Source: Eledone cirrhosa (Eukaryota). Taken from it: a DNA stretch of 64,000 nucleotides. The position numbers and the translations under genes are program-made. Every line of letters begins with the position of its first letter. Positions within the stretch are counted from its first letter, which is position 1. Below the pieces are notes generated by a model that was not told where the DNA came from, made no database searches, and was given only the letters and a program-made list of their open reading frames with translations. This document shows, piece after piece, positions 51,635 to 62,103 of the stretch. Location: positions 398,660,001-398,724,000 of the forward strand of contig OZ024740.1 of NCBI GenBank assembly GCA_964016885.1. The letters run 5' to 3'.

Positions 51635-53218
51635 TAAGAAAGGTAGTTATATTACTAAGTCATGCAAATTCTTGATTATTTTCAAAATTATTTTAAAATT
51701 ATGGGCAGTGTCTTTTATTAGAAATATGCTAACAAAAGGGTTAATGGTTCAAGTTTGAGCTTGGGACTATTTCTGTGTCTTTAATTATTTATATATTTTA
51801 TTTTCTATGTATTTCTTTATGCATTTATTTCTATTCTAAAAAGTTGGCTTTTGTTGGACCAGCTATTGTTTAATCTTAGGTCAGACATGATCCAGTAGTC
51901 CTATGATCAGATGTGTTCTAACAATGACAAGCTCTTTTTTGTATATCATGGACTGAAGAATACTTCTTTATTTAAGATAAGGTCTCATTAGAAGAGAGTT
52001 TGACTGCTTTTTCTAACATCTCAGGCAACCAAATATAGGCTCCCTTGGTAGCTAGTTGTTATTGCAGCTGTTTAACTTTTAGGTCAACCCTGATCATGTG
52101 ATCAAAGAAAGACATTCCAATCAAGACTATTTCATCTTTTTAAGGGGTATGTAGGACTACATTTTCTAATGTGTGCTATTTTCAAGATAGTAGAATGCAA
52201 TATGAGGGAGATTTGGCTGCTATTTCTTGCAGGTTGCTGGTTCATTAAATCAGTTGTTTTTATAGCTAGTGGGTTTTTTTCATCTGACCAATCACCATAG
52301 CAGAGCATACCATGTATGTTTGTCATGCATAACACAAGTGCTCAAGAAGATTAATTTCCAGGACTTAGAGCTTGCTTTTCCCCACATTATATCAATGCAA
52401 ACTGCTAAGCACAAAACAAGCCAGATGTGTTTAGCATGTTGGTTAACTTTAAAGATATTATATCCTTAAACTTGTAGCCTTCCTTTCCCCATATCAGTTA
52501 AGTTTATGTAACTGTTCTCTTAGGTGAGCTTGCATTATTTATCAGATAGTTGTAGAAACCATGCTAAAATGGAACATATAAGCAAGATGCAGTCGTCTGA
52601 CCTGCCAGTCTAGCTTTAGTGCAACAACCTGTAGGATAGCCCATGCAAGTGTAGAAAATAGATTTGAAATGGCGATGATAATGATGATGATGATGATGGC
52701 AAAACAGTCGAAGATAGTGCCTGTTTAATGTTTGTTATTTATCTCTAGGTAAACCCTGATTGAGCAGACCTACGCTCAAAGGCATTCCAGCTATAGCCTG
52801 CCAGTCTTTTATTCAGACGTAGTGTATCTAAGACAACTTTATTCAGTGTATCCTTTTTTTTCTTTTTAAGTAGTAGATTGTTGTTTGAGGTACATTTGAC
52901 TGGTATTGTCAAAGATCAAGTGATCACATAAAGGCTCCCTCAATACATACTTGAGTTTAATGAAAGATAGACAAAGAGAGCAAGAGACAGTCTGCAGAAA
53001 TTTTTTTTTATACCTCTCGGCACTGTCAGCATAAGTCACCGATAGAGTAACCTCCCCTTAATAGATAATACAGTGTCAAGGGAAGTAATTCCTTAAACAT
53101 TCAGCTTAAAGATTATTTTCTGTTTAGCAAGACATTGAATCCAAATTACCAACTGGTTAAATTTTTGTATATAAATTAAAAAAAGAAGCTATAAAAATTA
53201 CACAATTAGATTACTTAC

Positions 53219-53270
53219 TGATTCTGGTGTATAACCTAATATAGATGACACAAATATTATAGAGCCACCA
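53219..53270 (-). CDS. DHRS4: DHRS4-like exon, 52 bp
   Basis: tttcag| (G)GSIIFVSSILGYTPES |gtaagt; contains the catalytic Ser motif VSS. Confidence 0.93.
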
Positions 53271-53559
53271 CTGAAATAGATTAAAACAAACGTTGCTTTT
53301 TTAAATGGAAATTAAATTATCAGCATATAATTTATATGAAGATGCCTCAGAATGTTTGAAGAGCTGCTTAGTTGTAGTTCATTTTCACAAACATCACAAA
53401 TAAGTCAAACTGGTTACTGTTTACAGGAAATTCCAAATGTGAGAAATGAATAAAATAACTCAAATGAAAATTGAACCTGTGTTTGCTATAGTTACACAAA
53501 TTGTGTAAATTTTCAGAATTACAAACTTCATTGAGATCAAAATAAAATATAGTTAATTT

Positions 53560-53975
53560 CAGGAGACATGAAAGCAAGAGGCCTTAAATTAAAGCTTTCA
53601 AAGACATGTTTTAGTTACAGAAAAGAAGATAGGATTCTACTGCTATCTAGGAAGTGGCCATGCTCTATATGCAGAAAAGGAGTAAGAACTCCATACAGTG
53701 TATTCAGTGTAAACTATGGGTACAAACGAGATGCAGTGGGATCACAGGCAGGCTTACAAAGAAAGACTGTAGATGACAGGAATAGTTAGTAGAAAAAACA
53801 CACATGAAAATGAAATCATGTCTTCAAATGCTCTTAATCTCCCTAGAAATAACTGACAAGTTCTGTTACTAAAATAGCCCAATCAACAGCAAAAGTGAGT
53901 GTTCCAAAAGCATGGTAGCTAGAGTAAGAATAGAATGAAGAAAGTTCGGGGAACTATTGCCTCTGCTGGTGATAA
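53560..53975 (+). mobile_element. Degraded RTE internal fragment
   Basis: ARGLKL..RKWPCSICRKGV; homologous to 42490-42905. Confidence 0.75.
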
Positions 53976-54503
53976 GATTTTTTTACTGACTTTCCTTTTC
54001 ATCCTTCTAGAGTAAATAAATAAAGTACAATTCCAAAGCAATGGATTACATGAGATGCTTCACAGTCTCTGTTCTGGTTTTTTGTATTCTGAGTTTTAAT
54101 TCCACTTCCTATTACCAGACTGGAAATGGTGTCATTGGAACCAAGCTAACATAGATAAGCCTCCAGTTTCAGAGAGAACAATGGATCACTTGGAGTAACA
54201 TCTTCCTTACATCAATACATATGGATGCAAAAATGCAGACTTTGCACCAGAAGTCGTGTAAATGCTAGGATAGAAACAAATTTTCTCTATATATCTTAGT
54301 CATCACACTAATTATAATCTAAATAGTCAAATACATTTATATTGAATACAGGCGTGGCTGTCATCATCATTATCTTCCTTTTTAGATAAAGTTGGATGGG
54401 TCTTCACGGACCAAGAGAACACATTTTATTGTGACACCAGTACAAGGGTGATTGTCATGTCTTTAACACAGCTGAAGAGTCCTTCCAACACATTGTTTAA
54501 CAG

Positions 54504-54547
54504 CTGTTTCATTTGTATGAAATCATGATTTCATACAAATGAAACAG
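54504..54547. repeat. Perfect 44-bp palindrome
   Basis: CTGTTTCATTTGTATGAAATCA|TGATTTCATACAAATGAAACAG. Confidence 0.95.
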
Positions 54548-54733
54548 TTCCAGTCCTGTAGAAGTCATTTTTATATAAAATAAAGTTACACACACATGCA
54601 CGCACAGGTGTACACACACACACATTCATTCATAAACAAAATTCCTGTACTTATGAATTTTGGAATTTGCCACAAGAACAATACTGCCATTGACATGAGT
54701 ATGTAAGTGTGAATAAAAAAATAGATAACTTAC

Positions 54734-54804
54734 CCTCTTTTTTCTATCAATGGTGCTACATCTTTGCAAAACATGAATGGAGCCTTGACATTAGTTTCAA
54801 AGAT
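54734..54804 (-). CDS. DHRS4: DHRS4-like exon, 71 bp
   Basis: caacag| IFETNVKAPFMFCKDVAPLIEKRG |gtaagt. Confidence 0.94.
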
Positions 54805-55152
54805 CTGTTGGCAATAGAAACAAAGAAAAAAAATTTCAAATCTGAAATATAAGACAAAGCAATTTTTTTCAAATTCAATGATGATTTAAACACTAACCCA
54901 ACTGAATTGGAATGACAGACAATAATTGAACTTGAAGATAAGTTATATAATTAATTTCATCAAAATTTGTGTATTACTGGTACTTTTTTTACCAGGATTC
55001 AAATGAAATTTCACCCCAAGATAATTTTTTTTTTATCACTTAGGCAGAAAGAAGTTATCCTCAAACTGAAGACCTCATCTGAATGCTTCCAACAGAGTGA
55101 CTCTGCTAAAAGCGCCCAAGAGTCAGATGGAGGTGTTAAACTAGATGAAGTA

Positions 55153-55380
55153 TTAACCCTTTAGCATTTACATTACTCTATATATACTATTGTATTTTCG
55201 CAGTAAAGGCTTTATCTTACATAATATCTCACATAATATCAAATCTACGAGATTTTGATATTATTTATTTTAAGAACAATACCTTAACATTAGTGTGAGT
55301 GGCTAGTTATGGCTGGTTTGAACAGAATGAGGTGAGAGAATTCTGGCCGGATACAGCCAGTTTAAATGGTACAGAGTTAA
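55153..55380. mobile_element. piggyBac-type MITE (family 1)
   Basis: TTAACCCTTTAGCATT left end, decayed right TIR, shared interior. Confidence 0.8.
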
Positions 55381-55995
55381 GTCTACCACCTAAGTAATCC
55401 ACAGCAAGATTTGAATAGAGAATGCAAAGAACTGAAGCAAATACTATATGGCATCCTATTAGTTGCTATAACAATTCTGCTAGTCAGCCACTCTAGACTG
55501 CTATTTTATTTATCAACCCTGGAAGGATGAAAGGCAAAGTTGATCTCAGTGGGACTTGAACTCAGAATAAAAGGAGCTGAAAAATATACTGCAAGACATT
55601 TTATGGAACACTTTAATGCTTCTACCAATTCATTTCCTGGTATTTAAAATAGAGTTTGCCAAACATTTTTGTGATATCTCCCTGCCCTGGAGAATATATT
55701 CCATTCTTCTTTTTCAGCTCTTTATCAGTAATTTTTTTATAATGCTTCTCTAATCCTCTTACCACATTTCTAATGAAATACATCATCATCAAACAGATGT
55801 TAAATGATGGTGATGATGATGTCAGTGTATTTCAATTAATTTTGAAAACAATGAACAATTTGAAAAGATTTAATAAAATAAAATTTCCATAATTAAACTA
55901 GTGTTTGGAACAATGAAATTCAAAGGATTTTTCATAAAATTATAATTGGAGGTTTTATTTAATGATGACCCCTACCTCCTATCAATGCTTTCCCT

Positions 55996-56460
55996 GTGCT
56001 GGCGCCATGATAAAAATGTACCCAGTCCACTCTATAAAGTGGTAGTGCTGGTGCCATGATAAGAAGCACCACGTCCACACTGTAAAGCAGTAGTGCTAAT
56101 GCCACAACAAAAATCACCCAGTCCACCCTGTAAAGTGGAAGTCCAGGTGCCATGATATAAATGCACCCAGTCCACTCTGTACCGTGGTAATGTTGGTGCC
56201 ATGATAAAAAGCACCCAGTCCACACTCTAAGGCAGTAGTGCTGATACCAGAACAAAAATCACCCAGTCAATCCTGTAAGGTGGTAATGCTGGAGTGACAA
56301 TAAAATGTTCCCAGTACATGTTGTAAAGTGGTTGGTATTATGAAGCGCACCAAGTCAAATATGGAATGAATGAGCAAGATGTGATCACTTGACCAATCTA
56401 GCCTCAGTATATGACCACCCATGCCAGCATGGAAAAGAGATGTTAAATAATGATGATAAT
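55996..56460 (+). mobile_element. SINE with seven tandem 48-49-bp modules
   Basis: Units GTGCTGGTGCCATGATAAAAAGCACCCAGTCCACACTGTAAAGTGGTA; RTE-type tail. Confidence 0.85.
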
Positions 56461-57014
56461 ATTGATGAATGAACATTTTAAAATGGGAGGTTTTGTTTAT
56501 TCTCAAGCAGGTTGGTATTGAAAAGGCTAAATATATTATTGGTTACACTCGTAGTGTAAAGAAGAAAGTTGAATGAATCTATTTCAGGAGTTGGCTGAGA
56601 ATTTATTTTATTATCCCCCAACAGCTGATAAACAAAGACAACCTCAGCAGAATTTGAACTCAGAAAATCAAAAAATGACAAAATTTAACATACTGCAATC
56701 TAATGAAAAAACCTCTACATGGTCATTTGATCTGCTAAAACTAGCAACCAATTATATCTCAAACTGCCCCTAACCCATTTTAAAAAATTAACATATCAAT
56801 AATGTAATCCTAAACATACCCTCTGGAAAAAACAGAGGTGGCCACAGCTGGGATGTTTGCTTGATCAGGTTTGTCCTGAAGTGAAACAACATGGAAATAC
56901 AATAACACATTTACCCCACTCTTCTACAATTTCTACCACTTGACTGCCTTTGCAGTGAGAACTTGACTAGCTAGAAATAACAATCAAATATCTCTCAACT
57001 CTCATCCTACAACC

Positions 57015-57243
57015 TTAATCTTTTAGCATTTACATTACTCTATATTTACTATTGCATTTTCACAGTAAACACTTTATTTCACATAAATATCTCACATAAT
57101 ATCGAATCTACGAGATTTTGATATTATTTATTTAGAGAGCAATATCTTAACATAAGTATGAGCAGCCGGTTACAGCCAGTTTTAACAGAAAGAAGTGAGA
57201 GCATTCTGGCCAGATATAGCCGGTTTAAATGCTAAAGGGTTAA
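57015..57243. mobile_element. piggyBac-type MITE (family 1)
   Basis: Shared interior; AATGCTAAAGGG|TTAA right end. Confidence 0.8.
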
Positions 57244-58452
57244 AGGATGGACACATTAGATAATGTAATCATGGATGTATATCCAATAACAACACTACTG
57301 CTAAATCCAACAAAGCAGCTACCAAAGGCACAGACCTCAGGGAGGTGTATTATTGAACCTCAGAGGATCACAGTTTTATACAAAATTGTATAATTGTATA
57401 AAGAGGGTCATATGGTGTTATATCCTATCAAATGATTTGGTGTGGGTGAATGTGAACTGTTTAGTGGAAAATGCAGACTTAGTAATTTTCTTAGTGTAAT
57501 CAATACAAAAAGTGTCAAGAACAAAGATTATCAGCTTACCAAACTATAAGTTGAAATTATTTTATTTAGGCAAATGGAGAGTACATTGTAGAGCTAGCCT
57601 AGGGTGCTAAATATCCAAATGCTAGTTGTGACTGTATCTGAAAATGGGATGGCCATGGCTAGAATGATTTTGATCATAAGTCTGCTTGGTCAGGGCTGTG
57701 CTGGAGCTAAATAACAGTAGTGATACTTTACTACCACAATAAAACATATATAGAGAGAAATCATGCATGTTCTTTACTTTGTTGCTTAATCAATGGAGTA
57801 GCTTTCAAAGTCTCATAAGCTGGAAAACAAAAGAGTTATTCATTGTTTCACGTAGGTACAGCTTTAGTAGGAAAATCAAAGAAAGTTTTATGAAATGAGC
57901 AGTTTAGAATATTTAAATTGGGAAAATAGCATTAATAATCTATCCAAGCAGAAATGTCTGTACTCTTTGCAGACCTTCCCAAAATATATTCAGTTCATTT
58001 GTATTTAATCCAGCCAGAGAAAACCGCCCGAACAAAAAGTCGGGAGGACATGACAACCTCTCTTGTGTTGGTGATCTACATGATAAATGCACCCAATATA
58101 CTCTGTAAAGTGGTTTGTGAAAGGAAGGCATCTAACCATAGAAAACCTGCCAAACAAAGGGTTAGGAGGACTCTTCAGCTGTGTCAAAGACATGACAACT
58201 TCCCTAATGTTGATGCCACAATAAACTGCACTCAGTAATGTGCGGAATCGTATATCAGGCACCCTGCTTATTGGAACAATAAATAGAATATGGGAATGTA
58301 CGTAAGGAAGATGCACCCCACCAAGCCCACCTGGAGGTTAGTGGCTCCACTTGAATAGTGACCAGTCTGTGATGACACATGCAACCCTTGCTAGAGGGAA
58401 AATGGATGTTAAACTATAATGATGATGATGATATATAAATAATTCTCCTTAC

Positions 58453-58476
58453 CTTATCCCAAACAACTTCAGGGGT
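58453..58476 (-). CDS. DHRS4: DHRS4-like 24-nt microexon
   Basis: ttaatttctttcag| ACCCCTGAAGTTGTTTGGGATAAG |gtaagg = TPEVVWDK; fills the gap between flanking exons in frame (cf. VTEEVWDK in vertebrate DHRS4). Confidence 0.88.
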
Positions 58477-58829
58477 CTGAAAGAAATTAAGAAAATATTT
58501 ATTATCATTAGTTTTATGACTACATTTTTTATGTTTGTAATCTAAAATACAGTAAATTGTGTAAACTATTGCTTGCAGAGCACATGATTATTGTGTTTGG
58601 TGGTCGAACAAAGACTATACAGAGTAGAGAGGACTTTCCAGTCTTGCCTGTCTTGATAAAATTTCTAGTGTTAGTCCCATGATAAAATGAAATCAGTGCA
58701 TTCTGTAATGTGGTAGTGCTAGTGCTACAAGAAAATGCACCCAGTACACTCTGTGTTGAAGAAACCATCCCAAAATATGGATATGAGCAAGGTGTGGTTA
58801 TTAAACCTGTTCAACGTCGGGGTCACCAG

Positions 58830-59271
58830 TGTGGTAAAATGTAATGTATCCTAGTTGGATAGTTCATTGACATAGACGTGAGGGAAGGTCCCTCGTCTAT
58901 TTACCATTTTGTGTTTGTGAGAATTATAACAAAGTGAGTGAGTGTGTGCGCAAACAAGACAATAACCACGAGAGTTAAATTCAACGATTGTAAATAATGG
59001 TGATTTATTTATACTACAAATGGAACGTACCAAATGTTGACGTGGTCAGTTGTGGTGAAAGGAACATATTACCATTACAAAAGTATTGTGGGGGTCTTAT
59101 TGTTTGCTGTTCCCTTGGCTGCTTTCTGTGGCGTGGTACAGAGGCTGTTTTCTGGCGTGTGATCAGTCTGCTTTCTAGTGGCTGTCTGTTTACTCCTCGT
59201 GTTCTCAACCAGCGGGAGATAACTAGGGTTGTTCTATTATCCCGGCAAGAGGCGTGAGGCGTCTTACTACA
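58830..59271 (-). mobile_element. Isolated 442-bp LTR of a second LTR family with adjacent tRNA-Trp PBS
   Basis: TGTGGTAA...TTACTACA inverted termini; TGGTGACCCCGACGT (58814-58828, -) one nt from the LTR end; interrupts a SINE. Confidence 0.8.
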
Positions 59272-60364
59272 AACCCATGCCAACCTGGCAAATGGACATG
59301 ATAATGGTGATGATGACATTTGCAACAGAGTGAGCTCTGTTAAAGGCACCCAAGAAGTTGGGGGGGGGGGGGATGAGCAATGGATTAAATCTACTACCCA
59401 AGTAGGGATTTGAACTCAGAAAACAAAAAGATGAAACAAACAGTCCCACAACTGTGTCCAACCTATCATCCTAGACTGACACTTTATTTATTGATATGGA
59501 AAGATGAAAGACAAAATTGACCATGTCAAGATTTGAACTAAGTCATAAAGAGCTGTAAAACCTTTCGTCCAATGCACTAATGTCCTACCAATTCACTGCC
59601 TAGAATAAATTTACTCTCCTTGAGGTTTATGTTCCTTCTCAGCTTTTTCTACATTCTACAATCACAAAGACAGTATGGTATCATAATACATCTTTCAGGG
59701 ATTTATCAATGATATATCCATGAACATATACTGTGTACATATCACACACATACTTATGAATTATCTAAATAACTTATGTGATTACAAATGTTATCATTTA
59801 CCAAGATGAACTAGCAGACTGTGAGTCAATGAAGGAACCTCCACATAGTTACTTGGCATACTAAAAATAGCAGTTAAATCTCCCTTGAATCACAACTTTG
59901 TACTATCTTTGCCCGTTTCATCACCAGATTTCAAATGAAAATATGCCTATGATTTTCAAATAATCAAGAATTTGAAGGGATTTAGTAAAACAACTAACTT
60001 TCTTGTAATTAAGTTGGTGTTTGGAAAATAATTCAACAAAGGTTCTTACATAAAATTATGATGGGAGGATTTCAGATAAATATAAACACTTTACAATAAA
60101 CAACTTACTAGTGTAGAATTATGAGTTATTTTAGGCAGTTTTGTATCAAAAAGGTTTTAAAAAATGTAGATATACTGTTTGAATAAAAGACAGGATTGTC
60201 ATAGCTAGAACATCTTTGATCACAAGTCTGCTCAATGGAGCTAAATAACAACCTCGCTGTATTGAACAATAATTAGTATTAACATATCTAATGTAGAGAG
60301 CATTAAAAAAAATCTAACTAGAAAGATGGGAGACAACTCTACAAATTGGTTGTTATTATGTGTA

Positions 60365-60597
60365 TTAACCCTTTAGCATTCACATTACTCTATATATACT
60401 ATTGTACTTTTGTAGTAAACACTTTCTTTATCTTACATAATTATCTCACATAATAACGAATCTATGAGATTTTAATATTATTTATTTTGAGAACAATACC
60501 TTAACATCAGTATAAGCGGCCAGTTTCAACTGGTTTGAACAGAAAGAGGTGATACATTTCTGGGCGGATATGGCCGGTTTGAATGCTAAAGGGTTAA
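60365..60597. mobile_element. piggyBac-type MITE (family 1)
   Basis: Perfect TTAA|CCCTTTAGCATTCA...TGAATGCTAAAGGG|TTAA. Confidence 0.9.
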
Positions 60598-61182
60598 ACA
60601 TCCATTGGCACCAATGACAAGTGTTCCAATTGATTCGATCAAAGGAACAGCCAGCTTGTGAAATTAATGTGTAAATGACTGAGCAATCCACAGACATATG
60701 TACCTTTAACATAGTTTTCAGGGAGATTCAACACAAGGTTTAACAAGGCTGGCACACTGAACTACGTAACAACTCATTTTTGCTAGCTGAACGGATTGGA
60801 GCAACATGAAATAAAGTATTTTGCTCAAGGACACAACACGCCACTGGGAATCGAACTCACAACCTTACAATCATGAGCCAAACACCTTAACCATGGGCTG
60901 ACTAGGGGATTTAAAAAAAGCAGAAATAAGCAATGGCTTGGCTATAGTTAAAAAGCTAATATGTAATCAAGAGAAAATAATGCCTGGCATCTCGTCCTTT
61001 CATTTAAGCTGTCTCTATGTTCCAGTAAAAGTAGATCTAAATATTCATACCCAATATTATTATTATTATTATTAATTTCTTTTTTTATTTTCTGAGGAAT
61101 TTATTGAACAATATTATTTGCTGTTCCAAGATGAAATGGAAAAATAAAGGAAAAGGAAATGAGAGAGAAAAAAAAGACTTAC

Positions 61183-61260
61183 GTCTAATATTGCACCAAA
61201 GAAAGGGTTGATTCCAGCATTATTTACTAGAATGTCTATACCACCATACCTTTTAATAGT
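61183..61260 (-). CDS. DHRS4: DHRS4-like exon, 78 bp
   Basis: gatcag| TIKRYGGIDILVNNAGINPFFGAILD |gtaagt; NNAG motif and the DHRS4-type NPFFG. Confidence 0.95.
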
Positions 61261-61688
61261 CTGATCAAATGAAAAGAGAAATTAAACATTAATATGAATA
61301 CTTGCTGAGTATCATCAGTTGTTGTGGTTATTATCATTATTATCATCATCAACATTATTAATAACAATAAAGCAATGGGTTGGTAGAATTGTAAGAGTGT
61401 TGGACTAAATCCAGTATAGTATTTAGTCACATCCCTTTACATTCTAAATTTGAATTAAAAAAAAAGGTTGACTTTACCCTTGATCATTCTAGTGTTGATT
61501 AAATAATACTATTCAAGTAATAGAGTGATTGATATCATTGACTATACCCTACTTTCAAAATATGAGGTCTTGCGCTTATGTTAGAAATCATAACTGGATA
61601 GTCTTTACCAGAAATTTTCAGCCAAGGGATTATGGATAACTTCCAGAAATCCCTGACCTGGTAGAGCTATTAAAGTGCCATTGCTGCT

Positions 61689-62103
61689 TTAACCCTTTAG
61701 CATTTGCATTATTCTATATATATATATAAAGGGCGGTGGATTGGCAGTATCAGTAGAGGGTCGGACGCCATGCTTTCCAGCATAGTTACGTCCCTTTACA
61801 ATCTGAGTTCAAATCCCGCCGAGATTGACTTTGCCTTTCATCCTTACGGGGTCGATAAAATAAAGTAACAGTAATGTACTAGGTAATTGCTGGCCTTGTG
61901 CCTAAAGTAGAAACAATTATTTTATATATATATTCGCTGCAAATAATTATCTCACATAATATCGAATCTATACGATTTTGATATTATTTATTTTGAGAAC
62001 AATACCTTAACATCAGTATGAATGGTCAGTTACAGCCAGTTTGAATAGAAAGAGGTAAGAGAATTCTGGCCGGATGTAGCCAGTTTAAATGCTAAAGGGT
62101 TAA
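61689..62103. mobile_element. piggyBac-type MITE (family 1) containing a tRNA SINE at about 61730-61918
   Basis: Intact TTAA-CCCTTTAGCATTT termini; SINE sits in an internal (TA)n run. Confidence 0.88.

Noticed and set aside
55996-56335. CRISPR-like appearance of the regular 48-bp arrays (also 36340-36570)
   Set aside because: Units are wholly homologous with no unique spacers, there are no cas genes, and the context is a eukaryotic SINE
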